Counted from the stretch's first letter, positions 9,051 through 15,981 are shown. The stretch is DNA of 32,000 nt from Thermoproteus tenax Kra 1 (GCF_000253055.1 NC_016070.1:690001-722000), one strand, 5' to 3'. Program-made: numbers and translations. The notes: a model not told the origin generated them from the sequence alone.

Positions 9051-9959
9051 ATGCTTATAGTCATAGCTCTAGGCGGCAACGCCTTCGTCAGACGGGGGCG
9101 CCCTCTCGATCAAGAGGAGCATCTATACAACATAGACAAGGCCGCCGAGTTGGTGGCCAAGTTAGTTAGCGATGGACACAAAATCGTTGTGACGCACGGC
9201 AACGGCCCCCAAGTCGGCTTGCTAGACGAGCTGCAGCTGAAAGGCGGACGGCGCTATTTTAGGCTTGATGCCCTCGTCGCGGCCACTCAGGGGCTCTTAG
9301 GCTATTTCATCGCAAACGCCATAGATAAAGCACTGGGAACCTACGGCAGAGCCGTTGCTGTAGTCACACGAGTTTCTGTAGATCCGGAAGATCCATCGTT
9401 CAAAAATCCGTCGAAGTTTATAGGGCCTTCCTACGCTAAACGAGACGCTGATCTAATGGCCCAGAAGTATGGATTCATAATGAGAGAGGAGGTCGGCCGC
9501 GGGTGGCGGAGAGTGGTGCCTTCACCTGAGCCCATGGGCGTTATGGAGGTGGAGGCCGTGAAGAGGTTGCTTGAGAGCGGCTTTGTAGTGATAGCGGCCG
9601 GAGGAGGCGGCGTGCCGACGCACAGCCATTTTGGCGTTGAGGCCGTAGTCGATAAAGACCTTGCAAGCCAAGTTTTAGCGAACTCCTTGGGCGCTGACGC
9701 GTTCATAATACTGACGGACGTTGACGGAGTGTACCTTGACTATGGCACGGAGAGGCAGCGCAAGCTCGAGAGAGTGTCGGCGGACGAACTATTGAAGTAT
9801 TACTACGAGGGGCGCTTTGAGGAAGGCTCTATGGGCCCTAAAGTTCTCGCTGCAGCCCGGTTTGTTAAAAACGGAGGCGCTTGGGCAGCTATAGGGGCTT
9901 TAGATGAGGGATACTATGTGTTTAAGCGTGAGAGAGGCACGATCGTAGAGAGAGCTTAA
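9051..9959 (+). CDS. arcC: Carbamate kinase
   Basis: Motifs IALGGNA and VVTHGNGPQVG, a C-terminal amino-acid-kinase fold, and 302 aa. Confidence 0.9.
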   Translation: MLIVIALGGNAFVRRGRPLDQEEHLYNIDKAAELVAKLVSDGHKIVVTHGNGPQVGLLDELQLKGGRRYFRLDALVAATQGLLGYFIANAIDKALGTYGRAVAVVTRVSVDPEDPSFKNPSKFIGPSYAKRDADLMAQKYGFIMREEVGRGWRRVVPSPEPMGVMEVEAVKRLLESGFVVIAAGGGGVPTHSHFGVEAVVDKDLASQVLANSLGADAFIILTDVDGVYLDYGTERQRKLERVSADELLKYYYEGRFEEGSMGPKVLAAARFVKNGGAWAAIGALDEGYYVFKRERGTIVERA

Positions 9960-11218
9960 TAGCGCAGTATTCTGGAGAGCTCCACCTCTGTCTCAGTGCG
10001 TCTATACATATCTCTTATTTTAACGACGCCCTTTTCGATCTCCTTTTTGCCTATTATCACAAAGAACTTGACCGCCGTCTTGGCAGCATGTTCTAGGGCC
10101 TCCTTTAGAGAGAGTTCGCCGAGATCCACTGCCACAGAGGCGCCCTTCTCTCTGAGCATGCTAGCCAATTTGACTGCAACTTTGTATGCCTCGTCCGTCA
10201 TCGGGTAGATATAATAGTCCAACGGAGGCCTCGACCCTCCTATGTTCAACGCCTCCATTAGTCTCTCTACGCCTATGGCGAACCCCAACGCCGGTGTCTT
10301 TATCCCGCTGAACAGCTCTATGAGGTTGTCGTATCTGCCTCCGCCTCCCACGGCCAACTTGTACTCGCCTACGAATGCCTCGAACACAGTGCCCGTATAG
10401 TAGTCAAGGCCTCTCACTATAGCGAGATCCAACTTCATTTTGTCTAATACGTCATAGGGCTCAAGCGCCTTGATGATCTCTGCGTATTTGCCCCCAAGTC
10501 TCTCATCGTATTTTGAGAAAAATTCCGCCGACTCGCCCATGGGCAACGGCTCAGAGACGAGCTCCAACAGTTTCTCGGCCTTTTCGTCCTCCAAGCCGGC
10601 CTTCTTCAGCAGAGCTTTAAGCTCCTCCTCAGGTACCTTGCCCTTTTTGTCAAGTATGCGGAGCACCTCTTCTCTGGCCGCTATGCCCATAGTCTCTAAG
10701 ATCTTATCCATGCCGACGCGGTCGTTGAGTCTAATCTCGTAGCTCCTGGCGCCTGCGGCCTCAAGCGCTTTGGACATGAGGGCGATTACCTCAGCGTCAG
10801 CGCGAGGGCTCTCAGAACCGACCAACTCCACGCCAAACTGATAGAACTCTCTATATCTGCCGTGTTGAGGCTCGTCATATCGCCAGACCTTAGTAAAGTA
10901 GTACCATCGCACCGGCTTCGGCTCCTCCAACTTGTACGACAGTACCCTCGCCACAGGCACAGTCATATCGAAACGTAGCCCGACCTCGCGCCCGGCCTTG
11001 TCTCTGAAGTAGTATATCTCGTTGACTATCTCGCGCCCGGCCTTCCTCGACAAAACCTCGAAGTGTTCGACGGCGGGCGTCTCAATGCGCCTATAGCCGA
11101 AGCTCTCGGCTAAAGCTGAGAGCAGCTCCTCCATCCTCTTCAGAGGATAGAAGTCGTCTGGCGCCAGATCGCGCATACCGCGCACCGGCTTTCTCAAGAA
11201 GTCCTCGAGGCCCGGCAT
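9956..11218 (-). CDS. hisS: Histidine--tRNA ligase
   Basis: Class II aaRS motifs (GMRD..., FRYDEPQ-type WRYDEPQHGRYREF, GGGRYD) and 420 aa. Confidence 0.95.
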   Translation of the reverse strand: MPGLEDFLRKPVRGMRDLAPDDFYPLKRMEELLSALAESFGYRRIETPAVEHFEVLSRKAGREIVNEIYYFRDKAGREVGLRFDMTVPVARVLSYKLEEPKPVRWYYFTKVWRYDEPQHGRYREFYQFGVELVGSESPRADAEVIALMSKALEAAGARSYEIRLNDRVGMDKILETMGIAAREEVLRILDKKGKVPEEELKALLKKAGLEDEKAEKLLELVSEPLPMGESAEFFSKYDERLGGKYAEIIKALEPYDVLDKMKLDLAIVRGLDYYTGTVFEAFVGEYKLAVGGGGRYDNLIELFSGIKTPALGFAIGVERLMEALNIGGSRPPLDYYIYPMTDEAYKVAVKLASMLREKGASVAVDLGELSLKEALEHAAKTAVKFFVIIGKKEIEKGVVKIRDMYRRTETEVELSRILRY

Positions 11219-12270
11219 TATAGCACAGACCTTGTCAACTTCTCTACGCTTATGTTTATCCCGTTCTGTTTCAAGAAGGCCAGTATCCTCGGCATAAGTT
11301 TATTGCTCATCCCGATAACCTCTGGTGGAGTGACGCCAGGCGGTAGATCCTTAATGACCGAAACTAAAGATATCGCAGTCAGCCCAGTCGCCCTCTGCAT
11401 CGCGGACCAACCGCCGGAGGGCTCCACGAGGGTCTCGAAAGTTACGCGCTCGCCTTCAGCCTCGCCCGTGATCCTCATATAAACCACGTCGGGGACATCG
11501 TATTTAAGTCTCCCCAACAATGCCGCTAAGATCTGCTTTGGTCTAACGCCCTCGATGGGCTCATCGGACATGAGCCCAAGATCCCTCAACAGTTTTATCT
11601 TCTCCAAATGTCCAGGCCATCTAAGCGTCTTCTCAAATATATTCGACACTTTTATAGTCGCCAATAAGGTTCTCAGCCCGTCTGTATAAAACGCTTCCAT
11701 CTCCCCCAGTGGCGTTTTAACCGTCTCTACATCAGATAGAGGATCCACCGATTCTATTCTCCCATTGCGGACTACTCTGGCGGGCCTGGTATATTCCTCT
11801 ATAAGGTCGTGTGGGCTCCACGTAATGGAGTAGCCAAGGGGGCCGACCGGGACTTTCGGCACGCCGCCTACATAGATCTTGACAGAGCTTAATTGTTTGA
11901 CTTCGGATATCATCCGTCCAACTAACATATTCGAGAGGCCGGGCGCCACGCCCGCGTCAGGCACGTAGCGGGCGCCTGTCCTCTCAGCGACTTTACCCAG
12001 AGCGAGGGGGTCCTCGGGCATATAGGATACGTCTATAACATCGAGACCCCTCTCCAAAAGGTACGATGCTACATTATAGGCCACTGAGCCGGGCAAAGCG
12101 CTTATCGCCAGATCTATGCTGCCCAGCGGCACAGACCCCACGTCGCCCTTTATTATGCCCGGACAGTCCCCGCCTCTGACGTCCACGGTGACGACCTCAT
12201 GCCCTTTCTCGGCTAGCGTTGCAGAGATAAACTTGCCGATATTGCCGCAACCTACTATCAAGGTCTTCAT
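11218..12270 (-). CDS. Saccharopine dehydrogenase family oxidoreductase
   Basis: MKTLIVGCGNIGKF Rossmann N-terminus plus a Sacchrp_dh C-terminal region. I prefer the ATG at 12270 (AT-rich box just upstream) over the ORF-track start at 12318. Its stop overlaps the hisS ATG (TAATG). Confidence 0.85.
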   Translation of the reverse strand: MKTLIVGCGNIGKFISATLAEKGHEVVTVDVRGGDCPGIIKGDVGSVPLGSIDLAISALPGSVAYNVASYLLERGLDVIDVSYMPEDPLALGKVAERTGARYVPDAGVAPGLSNMLVGRMISEVKQLSSVKIYVGGVPKVPVGPLGYSITWSPHDLIEEYTRPARVVRNGRIESVDPLSDVETVKTPLGEMEAFYTDGLRTLLATIKVSNIFEKTLRWPGHLEKIKLLRDLGLMSDEPIEGVRPKQILAALLGRLKYDVPDVVYMRITGEAEGERVTFETLVEPSGGWSAMQRATGLTAISLVSVIKDLPPGVTPPEVIGMSNKLMPRILAFLKQNGINISVEKLTRSVL

Positions 12271-12443
12271 CGTATCACAGCTTTTAATAGTAAAAATATC
12301 TGTTGCCCTTTCAACCATTTAAGCAGAACAATCGCATCTGGGGGGAGCTCTTGGCTTACTTGCTCTGAGGGGCGAGGCCTTCGGTTGTAACCGCCTAAGC
12401 ACAAACGGTAGAAACCTCCATATACTCCTTCGAACTCAGTATT

Positions 12444-13379
12444 GTGCTCAACTATATAGAGGTGGAATATCTGGGCAAAAGGATTGCGGCAGAGCTTACG
12501 CCAATTACTTTTCTCACCGGCAATGGAAAAAGTTTTTTAATATATGAAATTATTAATACTATTAAAAATATTGGTTATAAAATACCAAAAATATCATATA
12601 AAAACTTTAAGATAGTGTTGAGAATCAAGGATATGACGTACGCCCTACAGAGGGCCGGGCCTATATATAGGCAGACCCTCGAAAGAGGGAAAGATCGCGT
12701 TATCTTTGAATATGGCACGATAAACGGTGTACGCATAAGCAGACTTATAGAGCCTTCCGAGATGTCTGTGAAAAGCGCCGACGTGATTATGCCGTTCGTA
12801 GAGGTGACGGAGCACGTAGCGATACTTGCAGATGAGGAGATAGAGCGGCTGAATAAACTTATCGGAGAGTTCAGAAAGGCCTTCTCCCTGAGGGCGTTGC
12901 TCATAGGGCCCTTCGTGAGCCCACGCACGTTCTATCGTCCATCAGAGGGCAAGACCGAGCTCAGGCCGGACGGCAGCAACTTGGTCGGCGTATTGTCGAT
13001 GTTGGCATATAAGAGTCCCGACGACTTTGAGAGATTGAGATCTATGTTCAAGAAAATCGGAGTCAAGCTCGCCGTAGGCTTAACTAACAAGAACATTCTG
13101 GGAGGTGCGGTTTACATCCAAGGAGTCAGGCTACCTCTGTCCAAATTGCCCTGTAGTCTCAAAATGGCGCTGACTATAGGCGCGGCCGTCGCGTCTAGAC
13201 CAGATATCTTGGCCGTCGATAACTTAGATTATTGTTTCAACGAGAACGTAGCCTCTGTCTTGGCCGCGTTCCTCGAGGAGCAAGCCTCAAGGGGACAGGT
13301 CATAGCCGAAGTCCACAATCCGGCCATCGTAGAGCACTTCAAGGCCCAATATAAATCGGTGGTCTCAGTGTCGTTATAG
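12444..13379 (+). CDS. ABC/AAA_21-like ATPase homologue with degenerate Walker A and Walker B motifs
   Basis: The N-terminus, IEVEYLGKRIAAELTPITFLTGNGKSFL, resembles SMC/ABC-type ATPases but the P-loop is shortened. It also has a PDGSNLVGVL motif, and the Walker-B-like ILAVDNLDYCF has DN where DE is expected. GTG start. Confidence 0.65.
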   Translation: MLNYIEVEYLGKRIAAELTPITFLTGNGKSFLIYEIINTIKNIGYKIPKISYKNFKIVLRIKDMTYALQRAGPIYRQTLERGKDRVIFEYGTINGVRISRLIEPSEMSVKSADVIMPFVEVTEHVAILADEEIERLNKLIGEFRKAFSLRALLIGPFVSPRTFYRPSEGKTELRPDGSNLVGVLSMLAYKSPDDFERLRSMFKKIGVKLAVGLTNKNILGGAVYIQGVRLPLSKLPCSLKMALTIGAAVASRPDILAVDNLDYCFNENVASVLAAFLEEQASRGQVIAEVHNPAIVEHFKAQYKSVVSVSL

Positions 13380-13402
13380 TTATAACCCGTCTCGCTGCGG
13401 CC

Positions 13403-13612
13403 TCACCCGTTGCCCCCCCCCTCGGGGTTGATCCGTTCGACGTCGGGCAGTACGCCTCTATCCTGCGCCGCCGTGGGGAGGGGCCTCAGGCGGACAGCCC
13501 GGGCGGAGGGCACTGCGGCGTCCCCCCGCCGGGGCCGTCTTGCGCTTGGGTTCGCCCCCGCGCGGCGCCCGCCCTTGCCCCTCCCCCTCTGCGTCTTCAC
13601 CAGCTCTGCCAT
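13403..13612 (-). pseudogene. Possible second, inverted TnpB (IS605 OrfB) fragment
   Basis: The minus-frame peptide ...AAQDRGVLPDVERINPEGG parallels ...KARERGIPMIRVNPKGT of the plus-strand relic. The nucleotide core cggatcaaccccgaggg versus agggtcaatcccaaggg matches at 13 of 17. The rest is an Arg/Pro/Gly-rich junk frame. Confidence 0.3.
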
Positions 13613-13795
13613 GAAAAAGTAGATTAAATCTACCCCTAGGGGGTAGGGCTTGTTGTTTGCGCTACCAGCCCCTCTATGCGTTGGGTTGGGCGAGGTGGCC
13701 CCGTCGGCTGTAGCCCAGCTGGGTTATAGACGCCGAAAGGCCGCCGGCCAGAAGCCGCCTCTGGAAGAACGACGGGCTCAAAAAACGAAGGGGAG

Positions 13796-14386
13796 TTGAA
13801 AATGGAAATGTTTTCTCGGCGGGTTCATTGCAGGTTTTTCACTGCAAAGCGCGCCGAAAATCGGGAAGCTTACTTCAGGAATTTTCAGCGGTTACGCCGA
13901 GACCTCACGAAAATTCCTGAAGTAGACTCGCTGAAAATAAGCGTTCCGTGCAGGAAGAAACCTGAAAAGCGTTGTGCGGTGGACTATATTTCACTATAAT
14001 TTCGTAGTCAGAGAGGCTGGGCGCCGCAATCGCCGTCGAAAATCTGCCGAGGGAAGCGCCGAAGAACATGATATCGAGAATAGACGGCCCAGTGCTTAGG
14101 GACAGAATATACCGAGTCGGCTTCGGAGGCATGCTGAGGGAGATTGTACGGAAGGCGAGGGAGAGGGGGATACCGATGATAAGGGTCAATCCCAAGGGCA
14201 CCTCCTCCTCTGCCCGCGGTGCGGGCTTGTGAGGGGCCCTGCCCCGAGGCTCCACCTCTGCCCCCGCTGCGGGTGAGTGGGGGAGGGGGCGTCGTTGCCG
14301 TTATAAACATTGAGGGGCGCGCCCTGGAGGGAGCCAAGCGCCGTCCGGCCCCATGTCCGCGCCTGAGGTATCCTGGATGCCGATGA
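13796..14386 (+). pseudogene. tnpB: IS200/IS605-family TnpB (OrfB) relic, multiply frameshifted
   Basis: 14008-14210 reads ...GAAIAVENL...RDRIYRVGFGGMLREIVRKARERGIPMIRVNPKGTSS. After a -1 shift, 14211-14273 reads CPRCGLVRGPAPRLHLCPRCG followed by a stop. After a second shift, 14288-14383 reads GVVAVINIEGRAL.... This gives the order RuvC-II E, VNPxxTS, CxxC..CxxC, NAAINI-like, with the expected DRD replaced by GGG. Support for 13796-14007 is weaker (FRNFQRLRRDL...RKKPEKRCAVDYISL linker-like). Confidence 0.7.
13871..13924. repeat. Perfect 16-bp inverted repeat with a 22-nt spacer
   Basis: tacttcaggaattttc (13871-13886) is the exact reverse complement of gaaaattcctgaagta (13909-13924). I checked this base by base. 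Confidence 0.95.
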
Positions 14387-14575
14387 AGGCGTGGGCGAGG
14401 AGAAAGTCCGCCCTTTAGGGCGGGGAGCGCGGTCATGATATCGGCTCTCCCAGAGGGGGTGCGCACCTTGAGCCGCATTGGGCAGTCCAGGCGCGCGGAG
14501 ACTGGCCTCGTGCAGGCAGACGAACTCGACAGAGCGCGACGGATTGCCGGGCTCCAAGTCCTGACTTAGTTGTAG
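14387..14575 (+). ncRNA. GC-rich structured tail downstream of the TnpB relic, a candidate omega-RNA / right-end remnant
   Basis: Same strand as the tnpB relic and immediately 3' of it. Hairpin CCGCCC-TTTA-GGGCGG (14408-14423). Helix GGGGAGC (14422-14428) with GCTCTCC (14444-14450). Palindrome GGTGCGCACC (14458-14467). Helix CAGTC (14483-14487) with GACTG (14500-14504). No credible ORF. The boundaries are guesses. Confidence 0.3.
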
Positions 14576-14605
14576 GGAGGATTAACAAAGAAAGGTAAAC
14601 GTAAA

Positions 14606-14812
14606 CTATACGTATACTTCAATATCTTTCAAGATCTCGATAACTTTCTGAAGTTGTTCGATCTCCTTGGAGGCTAATCTCAAGGCCTCCTCAAGGATCT
14701 CCTTGGAAGGCCCCCCTACCTCGAACTCGTATATTACATAGTTCAGGATAGAGCGGGCGCTGAGACCCTCAACGCCTTTGCTCTTTTGTCTCAATATTTC
14801 GAGCACGTTCAT
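14606..14812 (-). CDS. Small helical hypothetical protein (68 aa)
   Basis: ATG start and normal-looking codon usage. It overlaps the 3' end of the upstream COG1931-like gene by 44 nt in another frame. No family recognised. Confidence 0.45.
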   Translation of the reverse strand: MNVLEILRQKSKGVEGLSARSILNYVIYEFEVGGPSKEILEEALRLASKEIEQLQKVIEILKDIEVYV

Positions 14813-15215
14813 ATTCCCTGTTTAACAAATCTATAAAAGCATTGAAATGATTCTTTGGAACTCTGACCTCCACTATTACTACGTCATCGCCTGTATCGAA
14901 CCTCAATACGCCCATAAACGCCTTCTGTTTATTAAATCTCATATATATTTTATTTTTAAAGATGTTTAAACTATTTTTAAATATAGAAAGTTCAATATAG
15001 TCTAGATTTTTTAATATTTTTAAAAATAAATCATATGCTTGACATCCCTCAACCTCGGAGGACAGTAGCTTGATCTCGTTTCCGTGATACCCTCTCATGG
15101 TCTCTGTGGATATAGGTCCCGGCATAACGACGCTCACGGCGCGAGCTACTTTGTTGCAATCCTCTGTGGCGTGGCAGTAGGCTCTGGCGCTTATGCGCGT
15201 CACAATACAGCTCAC
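14769..15215 (-). CDS. COG1931/DUF54-type exosome-superoperon RNA-binding protein
   Basis: The family-typical N-terminal CHATEDCNKV (HATED..KV) signature, and its position next to psmA. The start is uncertain: a GTG at 15215 or 15203 fits the TATA at 15231-15241, whereas the ORF-track ATG at 15263 would overlap the psmA ATG head to head. Confidence 0.7.
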   Translation of the reverse strand: MSCIVTRISARAYCHATEDCNKVARAVSVVMPGPISTETMRGYHGNEIKLLSSEVEGCQAYDLFLKILKNLDYIELSIFKNSLNIFKNKIYMRFNKQKAFMGVLRFDTGDDVVIVEVRVPKNHFNAFIDLLNREYERARNIETKEQRR

Positions 15216-15228
15216 GCAATACTGTAGA

Positions 15229-15244
15229 TCAATATTTAAATTGG
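15229..15244. promoter_or_regulatory. Shared bidirectional TATA element (psmA / COG1931-like gene)
   Basis: tcaatatttaaattgg lies about 25 nt upstream of the psmA ATG at 15262 and about 20-25 nt upstream of the minus-strand GTG at 15215. It is AT-rich and reads as TATA-like on both strands. Confidence 0.45.
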
Positions 15245-15261
15245 AGATGATAGGCCTCTCC

Positions 15262-15981
15262 ATGTTCCCGCCTTCAATGGCAGGCTACGACAGGGCGATA
15301 ACGATATTCTCGCCCGAGGGCAAACTGTACCAAGTGGAGTACGCCGGAGAGGCCGTAAAGAGAGGTTGGCCAACAGTCGGCGTTAAGTGTTCGTCCGGCG
15401 TCGTTCTAGCCGCTGAGAAGCGCAAGATATCTCAGCTGTTCGATCCGTCCTCGCTCGAGAAGATATATATAATAGATGACCATGCTGCCATATCGCCGTC
15501 GGGTCTGTTGGCAGACGCAAGAGTTCTAGTAGACTATGCGAGGTCTGTGGCCATGACCCACAGATTCCTCTACGATGAGCCTATAGATATAGAGCTTTTG
15601 ACCAAGGATATCTGCAACCTGAAGCAACAGTATACTCAATTCGGCGGGGCTAGACCATTCGGCGTAGCGCTCCTGATAGCAGGAGTCGACAAACAGGGGG
15701 CCCGGCTGTTCCAGACAGATCCAGGCGGAGTCTACCTAGGCTATTATGCCACTGCGATTGGTGCCGAGTCCACATCGATAATAGAATTCCTAGAGAAGAA
15801 CTATAAATACGACATAGATATCCAACAATGTATAGAGTTGGCGCTTAGGGCGTTGAGCACCGCCATGGAGTCCGTAGATGCGGACAGGATCGAGGTCGCC
15901 TTCGGAGACATACAGACAAAGACTATGAAGAAGATGACAAAGGAAGAATTAAGCAAATATTTAGAAAAAATTAAAAAATAA
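15262..15981 (+). CDS. psmA: Proteasome subunit alpha
   Basis: MFPPSMAGYDRAITIFSPEGKLYQVEYAGEAVKRG is the canonical alpha-subunit N-terminus. The ORF-track start at 15193 would add a non-conserved extension running through the promoter. Confidence 0.93.
   Translation: MFPPSMAGYDRAITIFSPEGKLYQVEYAGEAVKRGWPTVGVKCSSGVVLAAEKRKISQLFDPSSLEKIYIIDDHAAISPSGLLADARVLVDYARSVAMTHRFLYDEPIDIELLTKDICNLKQQYTQFGGARPFGVALLIAGVDKQGARLFQTDPGGVYLGYYATAIGAESTSIIEFLEKNYKYDIDIQQCIELALRALSTAMESVDADRIEVAFGDIQTKTMKKMTKEELSKYLEKIKK

Noticed and set aside
13705-13730. tRNA-like D-arm look-alike, gTAGCCCAGCTGGGTTATAGAc.
   Set aside because: It is really a 10-bp palindrome (CCCAGCTGGG, 13714-13723). There is no matching D-stem 3' strand, no anticodon arm, and no GTTC(R)A T-loop or acceptor stem in the vicinity.
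13790-13975. Possible degenerate CRISPR repeat or leader, suggested by recurring (T/C)TGAAAA words (about 13795, 13931, 13960) and a GTTGAAAAT resembling the ATTGAAAG repeat end.
   Set aside because: There is no regularly spaced direct repeat of 24-37 nt. The spacings are 136 and 29 nt, the shared words are only about 7-10 nt, and no cas genes are present in the window.
14343-14552. RNase P RNA (minimal type-T-like) reading of the GC-rich tail. GAGAAAGUCCG (14400-14410) resembles CR-I. CGACAGAG...CGGAUU (14527-14545) resembles CR-V, and its CGGAUU can pair with AGUCCG. GUCCGGC (14343-14349) can pair with GCCGGGC (14546-14552) as a P1, enclosing about 210 nt. A P3-like hairpin GCGCCU...AGGCGU lies at 14359-14391.
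   Set aside because: The P4 5' strand is sequestered in a perfect local hairpin (CCGCCC/GGGCGG). I could not build a convincing P2. CGGAUU starts 5 nt after ACAGAG rather than directly. In GC-rich sequence short helices arise easily. The segment also sits exactly where a TnpB omega-RNA or right end is expected. The reading is not fully excluded: cmsearch with Rfam RNaseP-T (RF02357) and RNaseP_arch (RF00373) would settle it, and a significant hit would overturn my omega-RNA interpretation.
13905-14557. Track ORFs of 116-156 aa on the minus strand (13905-14255, 14008-14478, 14186-14557) and 67-70 aa ORFs at 13403-13622.
   Set aside because: They overlap one another in different frames, are extremely Arg/Pro/Gly/Ala-rich, and have no promoter or start context. 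They are antisense to the recognisable TnpB relic, so they are GC-driven open frames rather than genes.
15193-15261. N-terminal extensions in the ORF track: psmA from 15193, XPB from 24592, AKR from 27438, saccharopine DH from 12318 and pyrI from 4311.
   Set aside because: The extensions are not part of the conserved N-termini of these families and run through the AT-rich TATA regions. Internal ATG starts sit about 20-28 nt downstream of TATA-like boxes or form ATGA overlaps. The true starts remain unverified without TSS or proteomic data.
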